From an uncultured delta proteobacterium (GTDB lineage: Bacteria > Myxococcota_A > Polyangia > Polyangiales > Polyangiaceae): a DNA stretch of 64,000 bases. A program made the translations under genes and the position numbers. Positions 40,160 through 50,090 of this stretch are shown here, piece by piece; position 1 is the first letter of the stretch, and each line of letters opens with the position of its first letter. The notes beneath the pieces are model-generated. The model had not been told where the DNA came from. It ran no database searches and was given only the letters and a program-made list of their open reading frames with translations. The DNA lies in contig CAVQUB010000017.1 of NCBI GenBank assembly GCA_963716725.1, positions 19,863 to 83,862 on the forward strand, given 5' to 3'.

Positions 40160-40972
40160 ATGGCAGTGACCGCCCCGTCCAGTGAGCGGGGTTTTGGCGG
40201 CTGGCTGGTGGCCGGTTGGGACCGCGGCAGCCTGATCGCCCTTGGGCTCCTGGTCAGTGTCGGGGCCGTGGTGGGCTATCGCTGGAGCGATCTCATCGAC
40301 TCCAGCGGTGGCATGGACCTTCTGCTCACCGGCACCTGGTTGTGGATGGCCGCGATGCTCACCTGGCGCGTCTCGCTCCGGCGCGATCTGGTCTTTCTCG
40401 CCGTGGGCCTGGTAGGAGGTGGCGTCATCGAGTGGTGGGGGACCCACACGCGGATCTGGACCTACTTCACTCTCGAGCGCCCACCGCTCTGGATCCTTCC
40501 GGCCTGGCCCATCGCCACCTTGGCCATCGATCGCATGGCGCGCATGCTCGATCGCAGCCTGGATCAGGTTGCCGGCGGCCGGCGCGTGCCCTCAACGTGG
40601 TTCTGGATCGCCTACTGGGTCTCGGTGCCGTCGTTCGTGGTGGCGATGATCGCGTTTGCGCGCCACACGGTGGACATCGGTGCAACGCAGGTCGTGATCG
40701 CGCTCATGGTTGGGGTCACGCTCGCGTGTCGCGATCCTCGGCGTGACATCGTGCTCTTCGCCGCGGGCTCGTTCCTCGGCATCTTCCTCGAATACTGGGG
40801 AACCAGTCGGGAGTGCTGGACCTACTACACGGGGCAGATCCCTCCGCCCATCGCCGCCGTGGCGCACGGCTTCGCGGCCGTTGCATTTGCACGGGGAGCC
40901 GACGCACTGAATCGCGCCATCGACTCGGCCCTCGAGCGGCGCACGCTTGCGGCGCTCAGCGGCAGTTCGTGA
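40160..40972 (+). CDS. Hypothetical membrane protein with internal duplication
   Basis: Repeated motif IEWWGT...WTY / LEYWGT...WTY. Confidence 0.72.
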   Translation: MAVTAPSSERGFGGWLVAGWDRGSLIALGLLVSVGAVVGYRWSDLIDSSGGMDLLLTGTWLWMAAMLTWRVSLRRDLVFLAVGLVGGGVIEWWGTHTRIWTYFTLERPPLWILPAWPIATLAIDRMARMLDRSLDQVAGGRRVPSTWFWIAYWVSVPSFVVAMIAFARHTVDIGATQVVIALMVGVTLACRDPRRDIVLFAAGSFLGIFLEYWGTSRECWTYYTGQIPPPIAAVAHGFAAVAFARGADALNRAIDSALERRTLAALSGSS

Positions 40973-41780
40973 AAGCCGCCTCGTAGATCGCCGCTCCGAG
41001 CTTCTCGTGGCCTGGGCCGCCGAAGTGGAGCCCATCTCGGAGCGAGCCTGAGTACTCTTTGCACAGGCGCTCCGGATCACCGCAAGAGAGCAGCGCGTAG
41101 GCGTCGATCACGTGGTCGACTTCCTTCTGCTGTGCTCGGTCGGCGATCCAGGCGTTGAGCTCGCGGGTCGCTGCCCCGCGTTTGTCGTTGTAGTACTTGG
41201 TGAAACCGCCCCAGGGCGCCACGGTGAGGGCGACCACCTTCCAGCCGCGGCCCCGCGACGCCCGGTAGATGGCCGAGAGATCGGCGCTGATCTTGGCTGG
41301 AGTCCTGCCGGCGGTCAGATCGCTATAGAGATCGTTGACGCCGCCGAAGACCAATACGTGCGTGTACGCGGTGGTGCTCGAGAGCACGTCGCGCTCGAAG
41401 CGCCGGCGGATCTGGTTGACCATGTCGCCGCCCTTGCCAAAGTTGTCGAAGCGGCTCTCCGGGCAGCGCTTGGCCAGGACCTCGAGGTACTTGCCGCCTG
41501 CCGACTTGGCATCGGTGAGCGAGTCCCCGAGGGCTGCGACCACGACCTTCTCTTTGGCGGCGGGCACGGTCGTGGTTGGCGCGGCGCTTTCCGCGGGCGG
41601 CGACGCCGACGCAGCGGGCGCGGGCTCTGTCATCGCGGTCGCGTTCGGAGCTGGAGTCATCGCGGGCGCTGCCGCGGGCTTGGCGGGGGCGCCGCAGCGC
41701 ACGAAACCCACCGCGAGGGCGGCAACGGCGGCAGCGGCGAGGGTAGTCGCCGAGGGTTTCGTGAAGCGCGGGGCCTGCAT
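40956..41780 (-). CDS. SGNH/GDSL hydrolase lipoprotein
   Basis: LGDSLT, GGVND, DGLH. Confidence 0.87.
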   Translation of the reverse strand: MQAPRFTKPSATTLAAAAVAALAVGFVRCGAPAKPAAAPAMTPAPNATAMTEPAPAASASPPAESAAPTTTVPAAKEKVVVAALGDSLTDAKSAGGKYLEVLAKRCPESRFDNFGKGGDMVNQIRRRFERDVLSSTTAYTHVLVFGGVNDLYSDLTAGRTPAKISADLSAIYRASRGRGWKVVALTVAPWGGFTKYYNDKRGAATRELNAWIADRAQQKEVDHVIDAYALLSCGDPERLCKEYSGSLRDGLHFGGPGHEKLGAAIYEAAFTNCR

Positions 41781-41816
41781 TGCTCTCAATCTTCGCCCAC
41801 CTCTCTGATTTTCGCT

Positions 41817-42533
41817 ATGACGCTCGGCGTGGGTGCCATCGAGGTCTACAAGAAGACGCGCAAGCGTCCAGACCTGTTTTGGAACACCTATGTCGCGCGG
41901 CCGCCGGCGGCAGCAGTCGTGGCTATCCTAGCCGGCACCCGCGTCACCCCCGACCAGGTCACCTTGTTTGCCTTCGTGGTGGCCATGGCCGGCGCCGCCG
42001 GCATCATCGCGCTGCCGGGCTACTGGGGCTTTGTCATCGCCGTCGTCGTCTTCGAGCTGTCCTACGTCCTCGACTGCGTGGACGGCATGCTCGCGCGCTG
42101 GCGGGGCACGGCCTCCGCGACCGGACACCTGCTCGACTTCTTGATGGACGAGATCAAGGCCTTCGCGATCCTCGGCGCGGTGGCGATCCGCTTGTTTCGC
42201 GAGCAGGCCGACCCTCGTTGGCTGCTGCTGGGAGTCGGCGGGCTCGTCGTGCTCGCGACCGGGATCGCGATCACCACCTTTCAGCGCCGCCCGGAGGTCT
42301 CGGGCAAGGCCGCGGACGCAAAGGAGCCGCCAGCCAAGTCACGCAGCCTCGTGGCCAAGCTCGCGAGCGTGCCGCTCGGCGTCGCCAAGTTCCTGGTTCA
42401 CTACCCGTCGTACATCCTCTACGTCGCGATCGCCGGCCGCCCCGAGCTCTACCTGATCCCCTACGTTGCGGTGAACGCGCTCTACGCGCTCAAGAGCCTC
42501 GCCTGGCTCGCGCTGCGATTCGGGCGCGGCTGA
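41817..42533 (+). CDS. CDP-alcohol phosphatidyltransferase family protein
   Basis: TPDQVT; DCVDGMLAR...GHLLD...D motif. Confidence 0.9.
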   Translation: MTLGVGAIEVYKKTRKRPDLFWNTYVARPPAAAVVAILAGTRVTPDQVTLFAFVVAMAGAAGIIALPGYWGFVIAVVVFELSYVLDCVDGMLARWRGTASATGHLLDFLMDEIKAFAILGAVAIRLFREQADPRWLLLGVGGLVVLATGIAITTFQRRPEVSGKAADAKEPPAKSRSLVAKLASVPLGVAKFLVHYPSYILYVAIAGRPELYLIPYVAVNALYALKSLAWLALRFGRG

Positions 42534-42543
42534 TCCGACAGCT

Positions 42544-44124
42544 TCAGTGCGGCAGCTCTCGTCCGAGCTCTTCCACGACGCTCTGATCGTGCAGCGTCGC
42601 TGGCCGGCCGGGTTTCTTCGCTCGCATGTCCGCAGGCAGGTACGACAGCTCGCGCACGGATGAGCCGGAGAGCCAGGGCCCTGCGCTCTCGAACGAGACC
42701 TGGCTCGGTGCCCGCACGAAGCCGAGGACAAAGCCCCAGTCCCCGAGGGTCGGGACGGCGGCGTGGTAAGGCACGGGCGCGAGCTCGGCCGCCCGCATCG
42801 TCGCGACGATCGAGTCGAAGCTGGTGGGGGCGGTGAACGGCGAGACGCCCTGCACCGCGCACAGCCCTTCGGGGGTCAGCCTCGCGCGGAGCCGCCGGTA
42901 GAAATGTCGAGTGAAGTTCTTGCCCTCGAGGTGGGTCTCGGGATCCGGCAGATCCACGATGGCGACGTCGAAGCTGTCGTTGGTCTCGCCTAGCCAGACG
43001 ATGGGCTCGCGCTCGACGATGTTCACGCGCGAAGATCGGAGCGCGTCGTGCGAGCGCCGCCGGAGCCAGGTTTGGGCCCTTGCCACGTCGACGACGCCGC
43101 GATCCACCACGACCACGGTGAGGGACTCGACCTCGTCGTGGCGCAAGATTTCGCGCTCCGCCAGGCCGGTCCCGCCCCCGAGCAGCAGCACCCGAGCTCG
43201 GCGCGGAGCCATGGCGATGGCCGGATGGACGAGGGCCTCGAAGTAGCGCCGCTCGTCCAGCGTCGAAGCCTTGAGCCGCCCATCCAGCCACAGCTCGAGG
43301 CCCTCCTGCCCCGCGGTGACCGTGACCTTCCCGCGTTCGCTCTCGTGATGAAAGACCACGGGGTTTGGGTAGCGTCCCAACTCCGAGGTCGGTATCAGCC
43401 ATTCGCATGCGACGAACGCCCCGAACAGGAAGGTGAAGATCCCGAGAGACAGCTGGCGCACGAGTCGACCGCGCGCCATCGAGCGACGCTCGAGGTAGAA
43501 GCACAACGTCGGCGACCAGGCCGCGAGCGCCGCCAAGACCATGGCGATGGCAACGGCCGAGCGGAGCGGCCCCACCACCGAAGTGATCCCTGCGGCCACC
43601 GCGCAGACGATGGCGACGACGAGCAGCCGGAAGGGATGGGTGAGTCGCCAGGGGACTTCGAGGCGCATCAGTGTGCGCCCCATCGCCCGCACTGCGAGCG
43701 TCACGACCGCACCGAGTGCCGCGCAGGTCAGTGTCGCCGCAGCGAGGCAGGTGGCGAAGGTGGGAAGGCCCCGCGCGAACGCGAAGTACACGGCCGAAGC
43801 CGACGCTGCGGTGCAGATCGAGGCGAGCAAGATTGCCCAGGGCAACGCGGCAAACGCCGCGCGGAAGTTTCGTCTTGCGACCAGGACTCCGACGGCGGCG
43901 GCGCCCAGGCCGGTCACTCCGACCAGGCTGGATCCCGGCGAAGCTTGGGCGCCAACGTAGAGCGTTGGCTGCACCAGCAGCACCTCGTGCGTCGCGCCCG
44001 CGAGAGCTGCCAGCGCGAGGACCGCAAAGTAGAACGGCGGCGCCCCGACGTCCGTCGCCTCGGCGGCGCTCGACCCAGCGTCACTTGCCGCCGGAGTAGA
44101 CGCCAGATCCGCTTCGGATGCCAC
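42544..44124 (-). CDS. speE: Membrane-fused polyamine aminopropyltransferase (spermidine synthase-like)
   Basis: N-terminal TM helices; DERRYFEALVHPA, LLLGGGTG, DLPDP, GDWGF. Start uncertain. Confidence 0.75.
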   Translation of the reverse strand: MASEADLASTPAASDAGSSAAEATDVGAPPFYFAVLALAALAGATHEVLLVQPTLYVGAQASPGSSLVGVTGLGAAAVGVLVARRNFRAAFAALPWAILLASICTAASASAVYFAFARGLPTFATCLAAATLTCAALGAVVTLAVRAMGRTLMRLEVPWRLTHPFRLLVVAIVCAVAAGITSVVGPLRSAVAIAMVLAALAAWSPTLCFYLERRSMARGRLVRQLSLGIFTFLFGAFVACEWLIPTSELGRYPNPVVFHHESERGKVTVTAGQEGLELWLDGRLKASTLDERRYFEALVHPAIAMAPRRARVLLLGGGTGLAEREILRHDEVESLTVVVVDRGVVDVARAQTWLRRRSHDALRSSRVNIVEREPIVWLGETNDSFDVAIVDLPDPETHLEGKNFTRHFYRRLRARLTPEGLCAVQGVSPFTAPTSFDSIVATMRAAELAPVPYHAAVPTLGDWGFVLGFVRAPSQVSFESAGPWLSGSSVRELSYLPADMRAKKPGRPATLHDQSVVEELGRELPH

Positions 44125-45559
44125 TGCCGGTGCCGCTCCCGCTGCTGCTGCCGTCGCCCAGGCACGAGCCACAAGCGCCCAGCGCGCAGAGGAGCAAGAT
44201 GAGCACGACTATGATGATCACGACCGTGGTCGATGCGCAGCCGCCGCTGCTCGAGGATCCCGAAGGCGCCCCGATGCCCTGTGCGCCAGCTCCGTCGACG
44301 GGCAGGCCGAAAGCGTTGGCGATCACCGCCCACGGCATGGGCGCGGAGTAGCTCCAGTTGGCCTCGCCCCCGCCGGCCTCGCGAGAGAGCACATCGTCAC
44401 CGTTGACGAAGTCGGTGACCTGCGTCTCTTCGCCGAGCTCGCACTTCCAGTAGATCTCGCCCAGGACGTAGTTCACTTGCGCGACGTTCTGGTTGCGCCG
44501 CGAGAAGCTGCGCCCGCCCCAGCCGACTCCGTTGGGCATGCCCCCGAGGTCGAGTTCCGCCAGGTTGACCGAGGTGACCCAGCTCCAACCCGTCTCCGGA
44601 TCCTTGACCAACCAGCGGTAGCCCACCTGCTGAGACCAGAGCAGGAACTCTTCCCAGGTGTAGCGGTCGCCCTCGAAGTCGCTGGATCGCCGCATGTACG
44701 CGATGCAGATGTATTCGACGCCGTCCAAGGTCCCGCGGCCCCCGATGGGGATCGCCGGAAGCTGCATGGCGCGCTCCTGCTGCGCCACGACCTGCTGCAA
44801 CGCGATGTCGCTCACGGCGCCGCAGTAGGGGCAGCCGATGCGCTCGGCGCGATCGCCGGCGAGCTTCGGGATATCACCGCCGCACTGCGGGCACTTGATC
44901 TGTGCCGACTTGACCTTCTGCGCGCTGCGCGGCCCAAGCTGGGTGACCTGCATCTGCGGCTCGTCGAAGACCCACCCGACGAAGACCTCGTAGGAGCCGC
45001 GGTTGTCGCCGTAGTCCAGCGTCGCGAATGCGTTGTTGATGCCGTAGCAGTCGGCGTAGTGACGGACGAACCCGGGTGGATAGGCGCCGGGCAGCTCGCC
45101 CTCGCCGCTCACGATGGTGCCGGTCTTGATCTCGGCTATCCGAAAGCTGCCCGCTCCGCCGAGCGGCACGTCCATCTCGACATAGAGGGCCGAATAGGGC
45201 GGGATGCCCAGGCCGGGGGACTGGCTCGTGACGTACCACTTGCCCTGGGCGTACGCGAGCCAGCCCCAGGACTGGCCGTAGTCGAAGGAGACGTAGTACT
45301 CGTCCCACGGCCCCTTGCCGTGGTCCAGCTGGACGCGGCCGAGCACCTCGAAGGGGCGACCCGAGAGCGTGCCCTGATCACCGACGGCGATCAGTGAGGG
45401 CGTGTTCGCGAGGTCGGCGACCTTGCCCAGGTTCTCGAGCCCGCGATCGGAGCGCACGATGGTCGCGCGGCAGTACTCGCAGATCTTGGCGATGGACGAG
45501 CCAACCCCGAACTCGATCGACGCCCCACAGCTCGGGCAGCTCCCCTGCGCGACGGCCAT
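44081..45559 (-). CDS. DUF4178 domain protein (two repeats with Zn ribbons)
   Basis: CPSCG..CEYC and CPQCG..CPYC; WDEY/WEEF repeats; GELP/GEIYW; C-terminal TM and GGK tail; next to the spermidine synthase gene. Confidence 0.8.
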   Translation of the reverse strand: MAVAQGSCPSCGASIEFGVGSSIAKICEYCRATIVRSDRGLENLGKVADLANTPSLIAVGDQGTLSGRPFEVLGRVQLDHGKGPWDEYYVSFDYGQSWGWLAYAQGKWYVTSQSPGLGIPPYSALYVEMDVPLGGAGSFRIAEIKTGTIVSGEGELPGAYPPGFVRHYADCYGINNAFATLDYGDNRGSYEVFVGWVFDEPQMQVTQLGPRSAQKVKSAQIKCPQCGGDIPKLAGDRAERIGCPYCGAVSDIALQQVVAQQERAMQLPAIPIGGRGTLDGVEYICIAYMRRSSDFEGDRYTWEEFLLWSQQVGYRWLVKDPETGWSWVTSVNLAELDLGGMPNGVGWGGRSFSRRNQNVAQVNYVLGEIYWKCELGEETQVTDFVNGDDVLSREAGGGEANWSYSAPMPWAVIANAFGLPVDGAGAQGIGAPSGSSSSGGCASTTVVIIIVVLILLLCALGACGSCLGDGSSSGSGTGSGIRSGSGVYSGGK

Positions 45560-45657
45560 TCAGTTGCTCGGGTCGGACTCTAGCATCATCGATGCGCTCT
45601 TTGACACGTTCCCGCGACCTGCCCCCGGGACCGGAAGAAACCGCAGAATTCGCGCAA

Positions 45658-46629
45658 TTATTTGGCCTCGGCACGGGCGTCGCGGAGGGCCTCGTCCACC
45701 AGCGAAGCCAGCTCGTCGGCCGTACGGTCCTTCCTGGCGGCGGACCTGGCCATGGGCGCACTCCGGAGCATCGACTCGAGGTCATCGAGCGAGAGGTCGT
45801 CGTCGCGCTTCTTCTTGCCAAACAGGCCCCCGAACAAGGGCTTGTCGTGGGACAGCTCGAACTCGCCGTCGATCAGCCGCTCGGGCGCCTCGCAGATGGC
45901 GCGGGACAGGGAGGGGTTCTTGTCGATCAGCGCCCGGGCGTCGTCCAGCGCTTCGCGCTGAGTCGCCGGGAGCTCTTTGGCCAGGGCACGCGCCGAGTGC
46001 TTCCCGCGGGTGACGAAGAGCACGCACGCTACCGCGAGTTCTTGCGGTCCGAGTGCCGTCAGCTTGGCGACACTCGGACCTCCGCAGCTCTTGCTGTAGA
46101 TGTGGGAGCCCTCGAGCAGCAGCTCGCCGAAGCCCAGGGCCACCGCGGTCAGATCCACGGTGAGCTCCGCCGGCTCGTCGATGGCCTCGCCCTCACCCAG
46201 GGTCTCGACCAGGAACACGTGGGCGAGTGCCCGCGCCACGGTCGCGGTCAGTGCCACCGGGTGGCGCAGCTCGGCCGCTTGGAACTGCAGGCGCCAACCT
46301 TCGCTGTCGTCCACCAGTCGCTCGGGAGCCTCGGCGCTGGCCTTCGGCGTCGAGCAGGCGCCGCTCCCACAGCCGCCACCCTGCGCGTGACCTTCTGCTT
46401 CGGCGTCGGTGAGCACGGGCTTCACCGGGATGTCGCTCATTCCGGCGTGCTCGCGCATGCGCTTGACCAGCCGACGCAGCGACTTCACGTCGCCGTTGAA
46501 GGTGTCCGGGAAGAATTTTTCCGTGGGCAAGACCAGCGGCCGCTCGCCGAGCTCGGGCCCGAGGCGATGAATCAGGCGCGCGTAGCGTTGAACCACGGCG
46601 CGTACGACCGGATCGGGGAGGGCATCCAT
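45658..46629 (-). CDS. Hypothetical protein
   Basis: Long ORF with host-like codon bias; GCGSGAC; ARALAH may be a degenerate zincin motif. Confidence 0.7.
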   Translation of the reverse strand: MDALPDPVVRAVVQRYARLIHRLGPELGERPLVLPTEKFFPDTFNGDVKSLRRLVKRMREHAGMSDIPVKPVLTDAEAEGHAQGGGCGSGACSTPKASAEAPERLVDDSEGWRLQFQAAELRHPVALTATVARALAHVFLVETLGEGEAIDEPAELTVDLTAVALGFGELLLEGSHIYSKSCGGPSVAKLTALGPQELAVACVLFVTRGKHSARALAKELPATQREALDDARALIDKNPSLSRAICEAPERLIDGEFELSHDKPLFGGLFGKKKRDDDLSLDDLESMLRSAPMARSAARKDRTADELASLVDEALRDARAEAK

Positions 46630-46669
46630 GGCCCAATGTTGGCAGAGGTTTCGCCGAGCGCCAAGCCGT

Positions 46670-47212
46670 TCAGTCGACGACCCGTGGCGCCCGCACGCCC
46701 GACTTCCGGAGATCGCCGCGTCGGATGCGCTCGAGCTCCGCGAGCCGGGTCACCACCCCACGGGCGACGATTCCGAGCACGCGCTCGACGAGTTGACGCC
46801 GCTTGCGAGAATCCCCCGAGAAGCTGAGGTGGCTCTTGGCAGCCCGGCCCCCGGGCAGTTTGCCGACGGCGGTGCACCGGACCCGAACCACCTCGCCGTC
46901 GTCCGTGATCGAGAGTTCCGAGACGATGAAGCGGTATTCGATCAGGTTGTTGCGCCCAGCTCCCCACTTGGCCCGTCGCGACTCGCGCAGCAGGAGCTTC
47001 TTCAGGTACCGGCTCGTGCTCTTGGCGTTCGCCATCTCCTTCGGCAGCACGATCTTGTCGATCTTGATCGTGGGGCGGCCTTTGGCGGTGATCAGGGCCA
47101 GCCGCGGATCTCGCTTCTCGCGCCGCGCGCCCTCCGCGCTGGCGGCCGTAGCCGCCAGGACCAACGAGCCGCAGATCAGGCCGGCGCGCCAGAGCTTCGA
47201 GAGACCCGACAT
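46670..47212 (-). CDS. Hypothetical exported basic protein
   Basis: Signal peptide ending ASA; Lys/Arg rich. Confidence 0.62.
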   Translation of the reverse strand: MSGLSKLWRAGLICGSLVLAATAASAEGARREKRDPRLALITAKGRPTIKIDKIVLPKEMANAKSTSRYLKKLLLRESRRAKWGAGRNNLIEYRFIVSELSITDDGEVVRVRCTAVGKLPGGRAAKSHLSFSGDSRKRRQLVERVLGIVARGVVTRLAELERIRRGDLRKSGVRAPRVVD

Positions 47213-47295
47213 ATCGTCCCGAACGCTACGCCGGGCCCGGCGACCGGCCCAATTTCCCGCGTTCCGGCCCCGAACCTGCTATTTCGGGGCGGTCG

Positions 47296-48975
47296 ATGTC
47301 CGTCCTGGCCGCCTCCGACCGCTCCGATGTCGACGTTGTCGTGATTGGCGGCGGCGTGAACGGCAGCGGCGTGGCTCGCGACGCCGCGCTGCGCGGCCTC
47401 CGCGTCGCCCTGTTCGAGCGAAACGACATCGCCTTCGGCGCCAGCGGAAACTCCAGCGGGATGATCCACGGCGGGCCGCGCTACCTCACCTACGACCCTG
47501 ACGTGACGCTGACCTCGTGCGTCGACTCGGGGCATATCCAGCGCATCGCCCCGCACCTGCTGTTCCGTATCCCATTCCTGATGCCGATCCACGCCGGGCG
47601 ATATCCCGCGAGCGTCGTGCTCGCCGCCTACGACGCGTTCTTCGACCTGTACGACAAGTACCAGGAACTCAAGCGTGGCAAGCCGCACGTCAGGCTGAAC
47701 CCCGACGAGCTGAGGCAGCTCGAGCCAGGTCTGGTCTCGGATGCCGTGGGCGGCGTGACCTTCGACGAGTGGGGCATCGACGGTGCCCGGCTCTGCGTCG
47801 GCAACGTCGTGGACGCCATGGAACATGGCGCCGAAGTGCACGTGCACACGGCGGTCACCGAGGTGACGCGGCGTGACGACGGCAACGTGACTGGCGTGCG
47901 CTTCCGAGACCGGATGACCGGCGCTGGTGGCGCGCTCACCGCTCGCGTGGTCGTCAACGCGACCGGAGCGTGGGCGCCGCTCACCAGCTCGCTTGCCGGG
48001 CTCGAGCCCAAGGTCGCCAGGGTCCGTCCCGGCAAGGGCATTCACGTGTATCTCGATCGGCGCCTCACCAACTACGCAGTGGTGGCGACGGCCATCGATG
48101 GCCGGCAGGTGTTCTTGCTGCCCTGGCAGAACATGTCCGTGCTGGGCACGACCGATGACGACTACTACGGAGATCTCGACGACGTCGTGGCGACCGGTGA
48201 CGAGGTTCGGTACCTGACACAGGCTGTCGAGCGGGTGTTTCCGGCCGTACGGACCGCGCGGGCGATCGGGACGTGGGGTGGCGTCCGGCCCACGCTCCAC
48301 GCCTGGGGGCCGAACGAAGACAAGCTGAGTCGCGAGCACGAGATCCTCGATCACGCCGCAAATGGCGCCGACGGGCTCTACTCGATGATCGGCGGCAAGT
48401 TGGCGAGCTACCGCATCTTCGCCGAAGAGATGACGGACGTGGTGGCCCGCCGACTGGGCAATACGACCAAGACCCAGACGCACGTTTCGCCCCTGCCCGG
48501 CGGCGACGAGACCATCGATCCGATGGCGCTGATCGAAGACGAGCTCGTCGATCCCATGGCGGCAGTGAGGCTCGAATATCGGCACGGCAGCCGAGCGCTC
48601 CGAGTCATGGAGCGCATCGCCCGAAACCCGCGGGAAGCACGCGTCGTGTGCGAGTGTGAGCCGGTGCTCGAGGCCGAGGTTCGATACGTGGTCGAGCACG
48701 AGCTCGCGCGCACGGTCGAGGACGTCTCGCGGCGAACGCGCCTAGGGCTCGGTTCCTGCGGGGGCATGCGATGCGCGGCGCGCTGCGGTGCATTGATCGC
48801 GCAGATGAGGGAGCGATCACCGGAGGCTGGACGGCGCGACGCACTGCACTTCCTCGAAACGGCCCGGCGTCGTCGCCTGCCTGCGATCGGGCCCGAGCAG
48901 GCGCGACAAGAATCCCTCGCGCTGGCGCACCTGCGCTCCGAGATCGGCGAGACGCCACGCGAGGACGAGCCGTGA
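47296..48975 (+). CDS. glpA: FAD-dependent glycerol-3-phosphate dehydrogenase subunit A with BFD-like [2Fe-2S] C-terminus
   Basis: IGGGVNG..ARDAALRG, MIHGGPRYL, GVRP, GGKL, CECE...RTRLGLGSCGGMRC. Confidence 0.88.
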   Translation: MSVLAASDRSDVDVVVIGGGVNGSGVARDAALRGLRVALFERNDIAFGASGNSSGMIHGGPRYLTYDPDVTLTSCVDSGHIQRIAPHLLFRIPFLMPIHAGRYPASVVLAAYDAFFDLYDKYQELKRGKPHVRLNPDELRQLEPGLVSDAVGGVTFDEWGIDGARLCVGNVVDAMEHGAEVHVHTAVTEVTRRDDGNVTGVRFRDRMTGAGGALTARVVVNATGAWAPLTSSLAGLEPKVARVRPGKGIHVYLDRRLTNYAVVATAIDGRQVFLLPWQNMSVLGTTDDDYYGDLDDVVATGDEVRYLTQAVERVFPAVRTARAIGTWGGVRPTLHAWGPNEDKLSREHEILDHAANGADGLYSMIGGKLASYRIFAEEMTDVVARRLGNTTKTQTHVSPLPGGDETIDPMALIEDELVDPMAAVRLEYRHGSRALRVMERIARNPREARVVCECEPVLEAEVRYVVEHELARTVEDVSRRTRLGLGSCGGMRCAARCGALIAQMRERSPEAGRRDALHFLETARRRRLPAIGPEQARQESLALAHLRSEIGETPREDEP

Positions 48976-50087
48976 AGGTTGCGGTGATCGGCGCGGGTGT
49001 GGCGGGCACGGCGGCAGCGTGGGCAGCGCGACGATCGGGGGCTGAGGTGGTGGTGATCCATGATCGGCCGGGTGCGTCGGCGCTGGGCAGCGGCGCGGCC
49101 GACTACGAGTCTTGGGAGCGCGACGCGGGAAGCCACGAGCTCACGGCAGACGCCACTCTGCTCACCGCCGAGCTCGGCTACCTCACCGAGCCGGGCCTGG
49201 TTGCGACGGCAGCGGGCCTCCTCCGGCCGGCGCGTGCCCACGATGCCGCGGTCCTCGATCTCTCCGCCTTCGCGGGCCGTCGCATCGCCGTCGCGGACGT
49301 GGTGCGAGACGACTGGGACGCGGTGCTCATCGCGCGTGCGCTCTCAGACACGAAGTGGGCCCGGCAGACGGGCACCAGCTTCGAAGCGCGCGGGCTCGAC
49401 CTCGATCTGGCCAATCACGCGTCGAGCTACGACCTCGCACATCGCTTCGACGACCCGGACCGAGCTGTGGCGTTGGCGGCGGCGCTGAAGCAGTCGCGCG
49501 GCGAGGCAGACGCCTGGCTGCTGGGTCCTTGGCTTGGAGTGCAGCTCGGCACGGCGGGGCGAGTTCGCCAGCTCGCCGAGTTGCCCGTCGGAGAGACGCT
49601 CTCGCCGCCCGGCGGCGCGGCCGGCGCGCGCTTCGAGGCTGCGCGCGACCTCGCGCTGTCGAAGGCGGAGGTTGGCGTGCGTCGGGGGCAGGTCCGCGAA
49701 GTGTCGGTCGCTCCCCAGGGTATCGAGGTCTCGCTCGACGGCGATCAGACGCTGGTTGTGGACCGAGTGGTGCTCGCCATCGGTGGCGTTGTCGGCGGCG
49801 GCGTCGAGCTCGAGCAAATCGGCCGGCGCTTCGATCTGTCCCTGGCGGCCCCGGTGCGCTTGCAGGCGAAGGGCAAGAGCATCGACGCCGCATCCACCCT
49901 GCACGGAGTGGACTTCGCGTTTCACGGAGTGTCGCTGATCGAGAACGTGGGCATCGAGACGGAGCACTTGGCGGTGCCGGGTGTCGCGGGCGTCTTCGCG
50001 GCCGGCGACGCCGTCGCGGACCGACCGCGGACGTGGCTGCGCGCCCTCGAGTCGGGGCTCGCCGCGGGTCGAGCCGCGGGGCGGTGA
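48972..50087 (+). CDS. glpB: GlpB-like FAD-binding protein
   Basis: VIGAGVAG, PGASALGSGAAD, LSPPG..G.R, LAIGG..GGG, FAAGD; overlaps the glpA stop. Confidence 0.6.
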   Translation: MKVAVIGAGVAGTAAAWAARRSGAEVVVIHDRPGASALGSGAADYESWERDAGSHELTADATLLTAELGYLTEPGLVATAAGLLRPARAHDAAVLDLSAFAGRRIAVADVVRDDWDAVLIARALSDTKWARQTGTSFEARGLDLDLANHASSYDLAHRFDDPDRAVALAAALKQSRGEADAWLLGPWLGVQLGTAGRVRQLAELPVGETLSPPGGAAGARFEAARDLALSKAEVGVRRGQVREVSVAPQGIEVSLDGDQTLVVDRVVLAIGGVVGGGVELEQIGRRFDLSLAAPVRLQAKGKSIDAASTLHGVDFAFHGVSLIENVGIETEHLAVPGVAGVFAAGDAVADRPRTWLRALESGLAAGRAAGR

Positions 50088-50090
50088 GCG

